From positions 544,001 to 608,000 of the forward strand of contig CP000068.1 in NCBI GenBank assembly GCA_000002445.1: a DNA stretch of 64,000 nucleotides. The letters are read 5' to 3'. Below the pieces are notes generated by a model. That model was not told where the DNA came from, did no database searches, and was given only the letters and a program-made list of their open reading frames with translations. Each line of letters begins with the position of its first letter. The stretch's first letter is position 1. This document shows positions 8,900 to 19,965 of the stretch, one piece after another. Position numbers and translations under genes: made by a program. This DNA comes from Trypanosoma brucei. Taxonomy: Eukaryota.

Positions 8900-11002
8900 A
8901 TGGACAACCAAGGTGATGCTGATACTCAGTATGTACCAGGTGACCGATATCCTCTCGAGTTGGCAGCAACGGAAGACTCCCAGTTGGTGTCTACTCGCAA
9001 CAATGAGTTGCCGCGGCGCATTTTAGTTGTGTGTCCTTACCGTTATACTTACCGAGCTCCCGTGAAGGGAAGGTGGGTGGGCTTACCGTTGCTCACGGTG
9101 TTTGTCAAGGAATTTGCGTACATTCCCGAAGCGTCGTCTGCTTGTTTGGCGGCAACTTTTAATGCTCCACAAGCTTGCCTCGACCCGCGTGTAACTATTC
9201 CCGCGTACGTCAATGAACTTGTGAACGGTGCGCTCAGGCTTCACGGACGGGAAGCAGAATGCCGCGCAGCGGGGCGTGCCTACACCGAGGAACTGAGCCG
9301 TATTTTGCATTCCACAACGTTAGCGCTGGCGACACGGGAGAGCTTTCCTGCGAGCGTGGGACATGAAGGAGCGCTCTGTGTCCGCGAAACCCAGCGAGTG
9401 CAAGATGGTGAGAGGGGCGAGGCACTGGGGGAAGGATCTGAAGTGGACTTGATCTCCTTGTTAAACACATTTCCACCTCGTCTTGTGCTTCGTCAGCGGG
9501 ATGTTATCCTGCACGATGTGCAGAGGCATGAGGCTCCCATGCCGTTTGGCGAGCCGCTTCTTATCCTGCGCTACGATCACACCACTCATGGGGCGTCAGG
9601 GCATCGTTTATTGGTACTGAAAAAGCCCTGTGGCATACCGGTTCACCCTTCCGGTCGTTGTCGCAAGAACACCGTCACTTCCATTCTTGAAGACGTGTTC
9701 GGTGGTGTAGACGCCCACCGCTATCATGCTGTTCCGCACGACGGAGATGATGGTGGGTCAACCCTAGAACCTGGAGTACAAAGTATTGCGATACGACATA
9801 AGTTGCATGATTTTGAGCTCATTCGTGTATGGGTGGGCGAGGGTTACGTAAGTTGCTCGGCATGGGAGGAGCTGCAAGCCATGATACAGCAGGAAACCAG
9901 CCCCGTTGGTGGTGGGAATGCCAAACTTAAGGTATACGTTGTTCATCGACTTGATAGTGGTACAAGTGGTGTACTGTTATTTGGACTTGACTCCACGAGT
10001 GCGCGAATGACGGCGGAGTTATTGTCGCAGAAGGATGATAAAGACGTAGCTGAGATCTCTTCTTCTGAGGGTGTAGCAGCAAATTCGACCGCTCCGACGA
10101 AAGAGCTAGGGTGTACAAAACAATATCTTGCTAGGGTTCACGGTCGCTTTGATGCTGCGAAGATTGCCGAAGATCAGCACAACTGTTCCCTTGTTTCTTA
10201 CACACATTCCTCACAACGAAGTGCTTGCAATAGCGGCTCCGTTGGCTGGCTGTGCATCGATAGACCCATTGGATGTTACTCTTACCACGACAGTTTGTAC
10301 TGGTGCCCTGGTGCACCCCAAATCAACTCGTGGTTGGAAGAGCGTGAAAAGAACGGAATGGTGGAATCTTCGGAGCGAAACCACAAAGAGAGTGAAGAGA
10401 CGTCAGAACGTCCATCTCCAATCAGGGGTAAGCGACCCAAATACAAAAACACCGATGAGCTGGAGGCCAAGCACACACGAATGAAAAAGTTAACAATCGG
10501 TCTACGCGGTGCGCATCTAACTGGCGAAGAAACAGACTATGATGAAGGAAATATTGAATGCCAAACCTCAACAGGGGAACGACAGCTACGTGAAACATTG
10601 AAACGAGCTACAACCCTTGTTAGACGTTGGTCATATGATGAGGACCTCGACGAATCGGTGGTGGAGTGTGTTCTGTTGACTGGACGCACCCATCAAGTGC
10701 GTGTCCACTTGGCGTCTGTTGGACATCCTATAGTCGACGACCACAAGTATATTCACCACCTTTCAAGGAATACACCATTTACGGGGAATTACCGGAAGGA
10801 AGTAAAATCCCGGTCGCCGCCCTATCCTTCAACGATCCCACACGTAGCAAGCAACTGTTCATCGGTAACCACTCAGGGAATATTTCTCCATGCCTGGCGA
10901 TACACATTGCAATATAAAAACAGCGAAACACCTGAAACATTAGAAGCCCCGCTTCCTGCATGGGCAAAGAATGCAGACCTCCGATCGGATGGAAACCACT
11001 GA
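8900..11002 (+). CDS. RNA pseudouridine synthase of the RluA family, with large insertions.
   Basis: Catalytic-Asp motif VVHRLDSGTSGVLLFGLD, followed by KQYLARVHGRF and the conserved LLTGRTHQVRVHLASVGHPIVDD motif. ATG at 8900 downstream of the polypyrimidine-rich region 8466-8630. Confidence 0.8.
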   Translation: MDNQGDADTQYVPGDRYPLELAATEDSQLVSTRNNELPRRILVVCPYRYTYRAPVKGRWVGLPLLTVFVKEFAYIPEASSACLAATFNAPQACLDPRVTIPAYVNELVNGALRLHGREAECRAAGRAYTEELSRILHSTTLALATRESFPASVGHEGALCVRETQRVQDGERGEALGEGSEVDLISLLNTFPPRLVLRQRDVILHDVQRHEAPMPFGEPLLILRYDHTTHGASGHRLLVLKKPCGIPVHPSGRCRKNTVTSILEDVFGGVDAHRYHAVPHDGDDGGSTLEPGVQSIAIRHKLHDFELIRVWVGEGYVSCSAWEELQAMIQQETSPVGGGNAKLKVYVVHRLDSGTSGVLLFGLDSTSARMTAELLSQKDDKDVAEISSSEGVAANSTAPTKELGCTKQYLARVHGRFDAAKIAEDQHNCSLVSYTHSSQRSACNSGSVGWLCIDRPIGCYSYHDSLYWCPGAPQINSWLEEREKNGMVESSERNHKESEETSERPSPIRGKRPKYKNTDELEAKHTRMKKLTIGLRGAHLTGEETDYDEGNIECQTSTGERQLRETLKRATTLVRRWSYDEDLDESVVECVLLTGRTHQVRVHLASVGHPIVDDHKYIHHLSRNTPFTGNYRKEVKSRSPPYPSTIPHVASNCSSVTTQGIFLHAWRYTLQYKNSETPETLEAPLPAWAKNADLRSDGNH

Positions 11003-11359
11003 GAGGGAAAGAAAAGTGGGAAGATACGAAGTAACTTACTTTAATAAGAGAAAAGGTATATGAGAAATACTCTAATAAAAAGTAATTAAACATCATTCTA
11101 AAATGGCAAAATCACATAGAAAACTGTTAACCATTGATTCCACTAATGCTTTTCTAGCAGTTTTTGCTGATTGTTACACTTAAAAGTTCTTTTTAATTAA
11201 TTGTTAATCAATTTTTTTGTGTTAAATGTTGTCAGAGTTCTGATTTTCAGAAAAGCAAGTAAACAGATATTAGTCAGTTCGAAGCTTAGGAAGCGAAAAC
11301 AAGCGTTGTGTAAAGGCGGAAACGATAATAATATTTCTGTTTTCACTTTTCTGCGAGAC

Positions 11360-12763
11360 ATGTCATCGGTGGGAATCGAGTGGAGCGCCCTTTCACTCCC
11401 TGTTGAAGGGGAAGTGGTGTTCGCTTCCTTTGTCTCGCTTATATGTCCACTGGACGGACGACGTGAAGGTGATGATGTGAGTAAGAAATGTTCTGCAGCC
11501 TCCGTTCTGTGTAATGAATGTGCTAACGCGATTGTATGTGTTCTTAAGGACCGTGAAGTTGCTTTCTTTGACCTGGCGGACGAATCTGCTGGCCCCCGGG
11601 AGGTCCGGCGCATTGGGGCTACTCCCCCGCTTCTCGTTTCCCGTTTCATGCGCAACGCCGATCCGTCAGTTGCAACGTGTGCGACGCTGCTGCCGAAGGA
11701 CGTTTCATTCATGTGCCGTGTACCGCCTGCAGCAGTGGAGAGGGTTTCCTCTTCAGATCCATCTGCTGGTCCTCACGATGGAGGTGCGGGTGCGGCGCAT
11801 TCAGTGAGAGGGACGGTGTACCTGTGTGGTGCTGTTGGTACCAGTGATGGACGCGTGGATGTGTTCTCTGAGGAGGGCTACGTGTTTGGGTTTGTCGCCA
11901 GCGATGGCCCTGTGGTTGCTGTGAGCGTCATCTACAGTACGAGCTTTTCCTCTGGCGGGTGTGCGGGTGTCAAGAGCTGGGAACAAATTCAACCTTCTGG
12001 TGTGTCGCTACCTGCGGAGGGTAGTGACGAGGAGCGTACTCTGGATCGTGCAACGGCAAACCTGGGTTTCGTGACGACTAATGCAGACGGTGTTGTGTCT
12101 GTTTGGCGCCAGGACGGTTGTGGGTTGAAGCCTGCTGTGTTTGGCAGCAGCGCGCTTTTCTCTCGGGTGTTTTGCTCGCGTGTAGTGCAGCCAAGCAGTC
12201 GTGACTGGCTGCTGAGTGGTACGGAAGTAACAAGGACACCATTCATTGTACACACATCGCCAGGTCTCACGGCTGACTTGTGTGCACGGAGCGCAGTGAC
12301 GTTTGAGGATGTGGAGAGCCGAGTGCGCCTCCCCGGGAATATGTTGACACGCACAACCGCGATTGCGTCGGATGGGGACTCGGCACTAGTGGCGAGGGGG
12401 CGATCAGTGTTCCACGTTACATTCTCTGGCTCTTCCTGCGACCTTGTTTGCACGGCCGACTGCAACGTGGACGGCCTGCACTTGCCTGGCAGTGGTCCCC
12501 AGAAAGAGGGCGGAGCGGCCCTAGCAGCTGCATGCGATGTGAAGGGGACGGTATATGTTCTGTGTGGGCAGCCGCTCTCTGTGCTTGGTCGCTACAGTGC
12601 TACGGGCGGTGGTCCTATTCGTTCCTTGTCTATCTGTGCGGTGTCGCGGCTTGTTACGATTGTTGGCGGCGATGGCACGGTGGATGTTGTACTGGTGCCT
12701 ACGGATGCCGATTCTGTTCCAACCGCGACCGTACACCAAGCCCTCGCATCGCTTCCTCGTTAG
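11360..12763 (+). CDS. Hypothetical protein with degenerate beta-propeller-like (WD-like) segments (DGVVSVW, DGTVDVV).
   Basis: Long GC-rich + strand ORF. The track start at 11201 is a TTG inside an AT-rich intergenic stretch, and the first ATG is at 11360. No confident domain assignment. Confidence 0.45.
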   Translation: MSSVGIEWSALSLPVEGEVVFASFVSLICPLDGRREGDDVSKKCSAASVLCNECANAIVCVLKDREVAFFDLADESAGPREVRRIGATPPLLVSRFMRNADPSVATCATLLPKDVSFMCRVPPAAVERVSSSDPSAGPHDGGAGAAHSVRGTVYLCGAVGTSDGRVDVFSEEGYVFGFVASDGPVVAVSVIYSTSFSSGGCAGVKSWEQIQPSGVSLPAEGSDEERTLDRATANLGFVTTNADGVVSVWRQDGCGLKPAVFGSSALFSRVFCSRVVQPSSRDWLLSGTEVTRTPFIVHTSPGLTADLCARSAVTFEDVESRVRLPGNMLTRTTAIASDGDSALVARGRSVFHVTFSGSSCDLVCTADCNVDGLHLPGSGPQKEGGAALAAACDVKGTVYVLCGQPLSVLGRYSATGGGPIRSLSICAVSRLVTIVGGDGTVDVVLVPTDADSVPTATVHQALASLPR

Positions 12764-13736
12764 TAATAGTTTCCGCTGTTAGTACATGTGGTGAACTTGT
12801 GGGGTGGGGTGGCTGAAGAATACCCCGCTTCTCATCATCCTCCTTTTTTTTCCCTTTTATTTTTAGTTCACTGTTTAATTTGTTCCTCATTCCAAGTGTT
12901 TTCTTTCTTGTGGCATTACCGTGTCGGTGAAAGAATGGCTTTGTTACAGTGGCACCCGCAGTACAGTGTGCTGTTGTAATGCAATTCCTTGGCTTCGCAG
13001 CCTTAACTATGACGTCTGTGAAGGGTTGTGATTGCGGCGCCGTTTTGTTTACTGTCAATCCTTCAATTGCATTACACCTTTCGCACAACTGGGGTGAGGC
13101 TGCATAGTAATAAGTATAACATTGGTTTCTAAACTCTGAATATGGCATGGGAGCCCAAGGGTCGTAAGTCCCTTGCCGCAACCATTGCGTCCTTTTCCCC
13201 CTTCATATGTTCTTTCATCTTTTTGAATGCCTAATTGTCTTTACGGGATTGCCGATAGTGCGATGTGTGGTGTGTGGCGGTTTCTTCGCTCGGAATGCGC
13301 ACTTACTCGCGGGTGCACACTCACATGGTATTATGTATTTACTGCCCCCCCCTTGTTTTTGATCATGATTTTCTTGCTTAACCCGCTTCCTCCCTCCACC
13401 ATTAGTGACTTCCCGTTATCTTTTCTACGCTGATCTGCTCTAAGTGTACATTCCCGCCCTTTACAACTTAACCAGTGTTTTTAGGGTTGCATGTGACACG
13501 TACTTTCGGCCGCTGTGTTCGTTCGTTGGTACTGTGCTAATCGCAGCTCTAAATGACTGCTACCTCGGGAGCAGGGAATGATTTCTGCGGGTTATTGTGC
13601 AGTGCTCACAGCTTATCCTTGATTGCCGACCTAATGGTGTTAGTGGTGAGACTTCGTTCTCTTGGCGCTGTTGTTGGTCACTCAACTCTTTTGTATTGAT
13701 TGCCCACAGTATGCAACCACTTGCTGTGGTTGTGGC

Positions 13737-13850
13737 TTTTTCATTTTTTGCTCCGTGGTGTTTCTGCAGTGTCGCTTCCACTACCTTGTTCTTTCTCCCT
13801 CTGTCTTTGCCCTCCCCCTCTTTGTCCTTGTCCTCGCCCGTCTGCATGTA
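13737..13850 (+). promoter_or_regulatory. Extended polypyrimidine tract upstream of the PPR-like gene.
   Basis: About 110 bp of C/T-rich sequence ending about 100 bp before the ATG at 13958. Confidence 0.5.
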
Positions 13851-13957
13851 TTGCTACGGACGCTGAAATGTTTGAGCATATGTCCTACAATGGTGTTGTG
13901 ACGTTTATAAGTTTTGTTAGGGTTAGGGGTGTGTATAATAGGTAGTGCCGGCGGTGC

Positions 13958-15853
13958 ATGTTCCGTCGTGCGATTCCCCTACTCTCTGCGAACATCCCGC
14001 GCAGCGTGTGGGATCCCGCACAGCACAACCCCAACTGGTCCGACAGCTACGGTCACGACATAACTAACCGACGAGCGTGGCCGGCGAGGAAGTGGACGGT
14101 TGGTCTGGAACCTTGCACTCCTCGGGAGTGGCTTCAGTTCTCACACCGCAATCTCGCTTATGCGTACAACGGAGCTCTCCGTGCGTGTCATTCGCTGCCG
14201 TCGATGCTTCTCTTGTATAAGGAGATGAAGCAGCGCGGAGTGAAGGTCGACGTTGACACCATGAATGTGTTGCTAACGCGCGCTGCCCGCCATGAGCATA
14301 TTCAAGTAGATGACGTGTTCCTGCTATTCGACGAGCTAGTGGCGCTGGGCGCGCGGCCAGATCTTGCTGCTGCTGAGACATTGCACACTGTGCTCAGCCA
14401 CAGTGCGTCGATGCCTGAGGAGTGGCGTGAGGCCCGACGGCTGCAACTTGTTGAGCTATACAATAATCTGGCGATGGAGGAGGTTGAACGCCTGGCACCA
14501 CACCGTGCGGATCGGCTACTGAAAGAGCAAATGAAGCGGTTTCGTGGCAACCTGCAGCAGCTTGGTTCTGGGCTCCGTCCCACTGTGTACTGCCGCTACT
14601 TACACACCACGCATACGGCTGCAGTGCTTCTTGAGGAGGTGCACAATTTCCTGTGGGAGCTTGTCCCAAATGACCACCCCGCAATGGAAATTCCCGCCCT
14701 GCAGTTGCGTGTTCCGTTCGTTGCATCTGTATTGAGACGTCCATCAGTTAATCCCGGCGTTTCATTAGCATCTGTGAGTCGTGCGGAGTTTGGGGACACG
14801 GATGTGTGTGCCGTTTTTCTTGCAGCCGCGGAGCGCATGGTGGACGCGGATTTTGATGACCAACGGCCTGTGTCTGAGCGCCGCTTGTTCCTCTCTCTTC
14901 TGACAATGATTTCATACAGTGGTGTTTTGTATACATCTGACCTCATGGCACAACTAATGGAGATGGTGAAGTACAGCAATAATGACGAGACACGAGACTC
15001 GGACGCGCAACGTGTGCTGCGGTATGCACTGCGCGGCTCTAGTGCGGCACAAGACAGTGCAAGCCGTACTCTATGGCACAGTGTGGAAAAAGTTGCTGAC
15101 TGCCGCGTTGTTGGGCGCTATATTGGGGCACGCAACCCATGGAATCCTATCCGTGTCTGCTTTGACGAGCAAGGTGTATTTAAGGCTTACCCAATCTCCA
15201 CCACTACTACTACAAGGGAAGTGTCCCCACCTGAGGGTAGCAGTGCGGTGACACAGGAGCAGCGCGCCTCATGTGTGGAAGGTCGGACTCTGGAGGCACT
15301 GAACATGCGATGGGATGATGTGCGGCGTCTTATTGAGTGTACCGGTGTCTTGGTGACGCCGCCATCGGAGCGGTGCCCACAACAGCAGAAAATGGAGGTC
15401 TTCACTGGAATGGCTGTGTATCTGCGCACTGTTGCTACAGGGCGACGGTATGAGGGTGGAGAAGATGTGCTGAGTGATGGTGCCGTAGCCACTTCATCAT
15501 GTGAGCAGCGTCGGCGTGGGACCCTGTTCGCTGAAGGTTATGACTTTGATGTATGGGTTCGACTCTTCTCGCTTGTGCAAGAAGTCCGGCATGATATGGA
15601 AAAGTTCATGGCAGATCATACTCTGCAGTGTGTGGAACCCGAGTTCGAGTGCTGGGAAGCGCTGCTTGTCACGCTTCGGTGCGCCTTAGACTTTTGCGTG
15701 GTGCAGATGCAAGGTGGTGGTGCGCGTGGTACTGAACGTGAGGTGGTGGAGAGGTTGTTTCGGGACGTTGTGGCACTCCGTGAGGAATTAATTGAGGAGA
15801 GCCGTACACGATTCGGAGGGCGGATGCGGGTGCTCTGGCTACAGGAGGCATGA
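13958..15853 (+). CDS. Hypothetical protein with pentatricopeptide-repeat (PPR)-like motifs; a possible mitochondrial RNA-binding protein.
   Basis: AYNGALRACHSLPSMLLLYKEMKQRGVKVDVDTMNVLLTRAA and DDVFLLFDELVALGARPDLAAAETLHTVL both fit the 35-aa PPR consensus (YN.L....G.....A..L...M...G..PD). ATG at 13958 after the polypyrimidine tract at 13737-13850. Confidence 0.5.
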   Translation: MFRRAIPLLSANIPRSVWDPAQHNPNWSDSYGHDITNRRAWPARKWTVGLEPCTPREWLQFSHRNLAYAYNGALRACHSLPSMLLLYKEMKQRGVKVDVDTMNVLLTRAARHEHIQVDDVFLLFDELVALGARPDLAAAETLHTVLSHSASMPEEWREARRLQLVELYNNLAMEEVERLAPHRADRLLKEQMKRFRGNLQQLGSGLRPTVYCRYLHTTHTAAVLLEEVHNFLWELVPNDHPAMEIPALQLRVPFVASVLRRPSVNPGVSLASVSRAEFGDTDVCAVFLAAAERMVDADFDDQRPVSERRLFLSLLTMISYSGVLYTSDLMAQLMEMVKYSNNDETRDSDAQRVLRYALRGSSAAQDSASRTLWHSVEKVADCRVVGRYIGARNPWNPIRVCFDEQGVFKAYPISTTTTTREVSPPEGSSAVTQEQRASCVEGRTLEALNMRWDDVRRLIECTGVLVTPPSERCPQQQKMEVFTGMAVYLRTVATGRRYEGGEDVLSDGAVATSSCEQRRRGTLFAEGYDFDVWVRLFSLVQEVRHDMEKFMADHTLQCVEPEFECWEALLVTLRCALDFCVVQMQGGGARGTEREVVERLFRDVVALREELIEESRTRFGGRMRVLWLQEA

Positions 15854-16297
15854 AGACTTTCTTTCACTTACATCATCACAGTGCGGGGGTTTGTATTCAC
15901 TCTGTGTAGATATCGGGCGAAACAGTGGGGACACATTGTAAATTGTGGTACCGTCTCTTCACAATGTTTTCTTATCTTCATCAGCTGGTAATTGCCACTT
16001 TTTGCATGAGGTGTGAGGTAGTGGCTCGTGAAATCTGTAGGTGCACTTCATCTGAGGTGTGTATGAGAAGTCATGTGACTGAATAAGATATCACTGTGTG
16101 GAACATATCGTTGTTTATTATGTTGCTTGCATGTACTGCTGTGTTGTGATGTTCATAATTAATTAATACCTTGCTTTCTCTGCCTGTGCACCTCTTTAAC
16201 TTTTCCTCTCCCCCGTTTCCTCCCGCATGGTATAGTGATACCTAACTCCTCTCGGTACCAGAGGCTGCACTCACGTCAGCACACGGGTTGTGGTGCA

Positions 16298-16669
16298 ATG
16301 GTGAACCTGCATGAGCTGGGAGGGCAGCAAGGCTGCGGGGGACCTCAATTTACTCCTGTGGGAGTGTCGTTGACACCGCTGTTGCAGTATTTCTCGCTGC
16401 TCGTTCATGTAGTTGGAAAGCTACCCGGATTTGCTGCCGGGTTCGTGACCGTGTGGCTAGTTTACATTATGTTTATAGGGCGTGATGTGCTTTTGAACAC
16501 GTGCGTTCCTGTTGCTGGGTTCCACATTACTGCACTGTTACTGCTGCGTGAACTATTGACACCATGGCAGGAAGGAATAGCTGGGGCTGCTGAGGTACGT
16601 CGGCGTGTGGCAGCACAGAGGTCGTTTGTGCGGGATGTGCAGTTACAATGGGGAGCAAAACTCGATTGA
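16298..16669 (+). CDS. Possible small hydrophobic protein (123 aa); speculative.
   Basis: GC-rich ORF between the PPR-like gene and the first p67 copy, preceded by a polypyrimidine tract at 16200-16230. The track start is a GTG, and the first ATG is at 16298. No similarity recognised. Confidence 0.25.
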   Translation: MVNLHELGGQQGCGGPQFTPVGVSLTPLLQYFSLLVHVVGKLPGFAAGFVTVWLVYIMFIGRDVLLNTCVPVAGFHITALLLLRELLTPWQEGIAGAAEVRRRVAAQRSFVRDVQLQWGAKLD

Positions 16670-16899
16670 CAGTCATGGAGGTGGACATTACATGTGTTAG
16701 TGGTGTGGCTTTCTTTTAGGTGATGCCCTGCACCCTTTCCATTGCACAGTGTGCAAAAGAGTGATATTTTTCAGGTACTGCTGTTGTTATTGTTGTTCCG
16801 CTATGGATTGAGTGCTTGTGAGCAGCGGCACCTGGCTACGCAGGATTGTGAGAGCAGTGTGCTTACCCTTATAGTCACTGTTTGTATATAATTATGCAC

Positions 16900-19740
16900 T
16901 CGTGTGTGTATGTGTGTGTGCTATTGATGTGCTTGCTTCCAACAACACTCGTTCTGTCTACCTTTGTTTACTCTTGTTAGACTCTCGAAGCGATTACCGT
17001 GCAATATTTCGTTGATAACAAGGTGGAATGATGTGTACCGCAACCGTTATGAGGACTCCCTCTGCGGTTTTGTGCCTGCTGCTTGCGGCAACCCTGACTC
17101 TCAGCACTCCCGTTGCCGTTCGCGGGGAAGTGCTTAAGGATGCGACCCCTACAGTTGTGACAGTCTGGTATAACGCCACGAGCGGCGGTTTCTATGCTAC
17201 GGATGGTCTTGCATCTGGTAAGTATGCTGCAATCGTGAATGTGAGTAACACTTTCAACAAGACCGGTTGGGACGTTGTGACTGCTGTGGCAAACGATGGT
17301 TTCATGCATTTGCCTGGAGAAGCGGAACCGTCAGCAGAGCGCGTGCTACTGGCATACAAGGCTGTAGGTTTTGGTGAAGGCTACGCCACGTATGAGAGCA
17401 TGAAGGCTTCCATAAACAATACGTTTGAGGGTCCTGAGGGTCTCTCTGCGCTTTTGTCTGATGCGCCGCAGGCACAACACTGGATTGAAGAGCACGTTCG
17501 GTATATGGACGCTGCGAAGTTCGAGAGCAGTGCATTCTACACCCAGCTGCGAAACATGTTAGCTCTCATTGATGGTATGGTTGCTGGTTACAACGCTCGT
17601 GCCCCTGCTGACGAACGGTTGGATCGGATGAAGCTGTTAATGTACAACATGCAAGCAGAGATTGGTGACATTGTGAGGGCCACATCCCCTGCGGAGGTAT
17701 TGGATGATATGCGTCAGATGATGCCGCGGTGGTTTGTTGACACCCACTGTTCTGCCTTTGTAAAGGTCGTAAAGGATGACATCTACTTTGGTCACGCCAC
17801 GTGGAGCAGCTTCAATACTATGTTGAGGCAGTACAAAACGTATGCCTTCGGCGGGCGCTTCGTTACCATGTCATCTTACCCAGGTTTGGCGCACAGTGTG
17901 GATGATTGGTACATGACACACAAGCGCCTCGCAGTCATGGAGACCACCAACGTCATACACAATGCAACGCTGCTGCGCAACCATGTCGGTTCCTCTAGCG
18001 TGGCTACGTTTCTGCGTGCGATGATCGCGAACTTCATTGCGGTGGACGCCCCCTCATGGGTGTCGAACTTCAGCAGGGAAAGCAGTGGGGCGTACAACAA
18101 TCAGTGGATGGTGCTCAACATGGGTGCAGTGGAGTCCGAGGCGATGTTTAAAAACATGGCACCCAACACCTTTTGGGTGTTAGAGCAGCTCCCTGGTACT
18201 GCTCCTCCGTTGGGTATAACATCTAAGGATATGACCAGCGTGCTGAACACCACTGGGTACTGGGCGAGTTATAACAGACCGTACTTCCCCAATGTGTACA
18301 ATCTTTCAGGTACGCTGAAGATGCAGGAGGAATACGGTGACTTCTATTCTTACAAGAATTACTCACGCGCCCGGATATTTGAACGTGATCAGGGTTCTGT
18401 GGTCGATATTGAAAGCATGAAGAGGCTGATGCGTTACAACAACTACACGAAAGACCCATTTTCTCTTATTCCCAACTGCACTGGTGCTGTTGGTATGGAT
18501 GACGATGGTAATGTGACTAATGTCTGCAAGCCTCCATACAGTGCGATGCTTTCAATCGCAGCACGTGGTGATTTGAACCCTCCTGGTAATGCGACCGAGT
18601 ACGGCCCACTTGTCCGAAGTGTAGGACACGTAAATAGTGGAGCTATCGATGCAAAGATAGCGACGTGGACGGGGATGGTGAAGAATCCTGAAAGTTATAC
18701 TGCTCATGTTGTCTGTGGCCCGACGACCGATAATCAACCACCGTTTCAGTGGGTGGACGGCATGTTCGATCCCATGCCCCCAACATATGGGTTGCTGAAA
18801 TTGTATAACTTTAGCTTCGTAGTCATGGAGACGCCGATCCGACCTTCCGGTGGTAGTAATAGTTGGAGGAGCACTGGCATCATTGCTGTTGTGGCGGCGC
18901 TGGTTGTGGGTGTGATTGCCGTCGTCCTCATGCGTCCGAGGCGGCGTACCGAAGAGGATGAACTTCTTCCCGAAGAGGCTGAAGGTCTTATAGATCCTCA
19001 GAACTAGAAGCTATGATAATGACGCACTTACCTCTCCTCTCTTCCCGAGGTGTAGATATTGCTGAACTGATGTGATGTGCGGTGGGGAGCTGAGAGGTGC
19101 ACCAGATGCAATGTACCAATGCTTTAAATGAACATTGTGTCTCCTCTGCTATGTAGGTAGTAGTTTTTATACTTGAGGGAGTAGCGTGTCTGTGTGTGGT
19201 TGCTCTGTGCTTGAAAGGGAGTGTGATGAGCGCTCCGGTTCCCGCAGAATCGGTTACAACTAAGGTAACTCTCTCCCTGATTTTGCTTGCTTCCTACGGG
19301 GATTCATATGAGGCCCGTAATGACGGAAAAAGAAGGTGCGAGAAAGAATGGTAAGTGTAAAAAATGGGAATGGTAATAAGCGATGGATGTAGGAAGTGAG
19401 GTGTATAGGAATAGAAGAGATGAATGTGCCCGCGCGTGAATATGTTGTGGTGGTACCAGCGATGTGGCATGTAGTGTTGGGGCGCAGTGTAGAGAAAGGA
19501 AGAGATCAGTTGCCGCATAGTTGATGCAGCACTCCTCCCCATATCTTCTACATCCTCCTCTAGTCGTACGTTAACGCGTGGTGATTCCCTCGCATGCCAT
19601 TGCCGCTGTTGCCAGTGCTGTGTTCCGTCCGTTCTGTGCGTCCCGTGAGTAATACACGGCGTAGTGTTGCATTGTTTTTGTTTTTGTTTTTGCTTACCTT
19701 CCTTTTGTTCCAACGCACATTCCAATGCGTGTGTTTTTTT
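16900..19740 (+). repeat. Segmental duplication unit A: the p67 gene plus about 130 bp of 5' flank and about 730 bp of 3' flank.
   Basis: Near-identical to 20980..23816, with a period of 4,070 bp. Identity begins at gtgtatgtgtgtgtgctattgatg and ends at ccaatgcgtgtgtttttt. Confidence 0.9.
17028..19007 (+). CDS. p67: Lysosomal/endosomal type-I membrane glycoprotein p67 (a phospholipase-B-like lumenal domain); canonical copy, 659 aa.
   Basis: An N-terminal signal peptide (MMCTATVMRTPSAVLCLLLAATLTLS), many NxS/T sequons, and a PLB-like core containing the NNQWMVLN motif. A single C-terminal TM helix (IIAVVAALVVGVIAVVLM) is followed by a 24-residue tail, RPRRRTEEDELLPEEAEGLIDPQN, which carries two dileucine-type motifs. 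The 659-aa length and tail match what I recall of T. brucei p67. Confidence 0.85.
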   Translation: MMCTATVMRTPSAVLCLLLAATLTLSTPVAVRGEVLKDATPTVVTVWYNATSGGFYATDGLASGKYAAIVNVSNTFNKTGWDVVTAVANDGFMHLPGEAEPSAERVLLAYKAVGFGEGYATYESMKASINNTFEGPEGLSALLSDAPQAQHWIEEHVRYMDAAKFESSAFYTQLRNMLALIDGMVAGYNARAPADERLDRMKLLMYNMQAEIGDIVRATSPAEVLDDMRQMMPRWFVDTHCSAFVKVVKDDIYFGHATWSSFNTMLRQYKTYAFGGRFVTMSSYPGLAHSVDDWYMTHKRLAVMETTNVIHNATLLRNHVGSSSVATFLRAMIANFIAVDAPSWVSNFSRESSGAYNNQWMVLNMGAVESEAMFKNMAPNTFWVLEQLPGTAPPLGITSKDMTSVLNTTGYWASYNRPYFPNVYNLSGTLKMQEEYGDFYSYKNYSRARIFERDQGSVVDIESMKRLMRYNNYTKDPFSLIPNCTGAVGMDDDGNVTNVCKPPYSAMLSIAARGDLNPPGNATEYGPLVRSVGHVNSGAIDAKIATWTGMVKNPESYTAHVVCGPTTDNQPPFQWVDGMFDPMPPTYGLLKLYNFSFVVMETPIRPSGGSNSWRSTGIIAVVAALVVGVIAVVLMRPRRRTEEDELLPEEAEGLIDPQN

Positions 19741-19965
19741 CGTGTAGCGAAGTGAATTCTCTCCCCCTCGAGTGGTGTGGGAGGACGACTGAGTGCCTTT
19801 CTTTGTGTGCTCAGAAGCCCATGTACCCCATTGTATTGGCTGTGCCGCTACTTTTGTACGGGTTGCATGCATGAGCAAATATATATCCCCTTTTCTTCGC
19901 CTCTAATTTGCATGGAAGTGGAACGAGCACATTTCACTCACACAAGGATTTGATTAAAGGAAGAA

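Noticed and set aside
15545-15565. A tRNA T-loop-like string, gggttcgactc.
   Set aside because: It lies inside the PPR-like CDS and has no flanking acceptor or anticodon stem complementarity. No tRNA genes are recognisable in the window.
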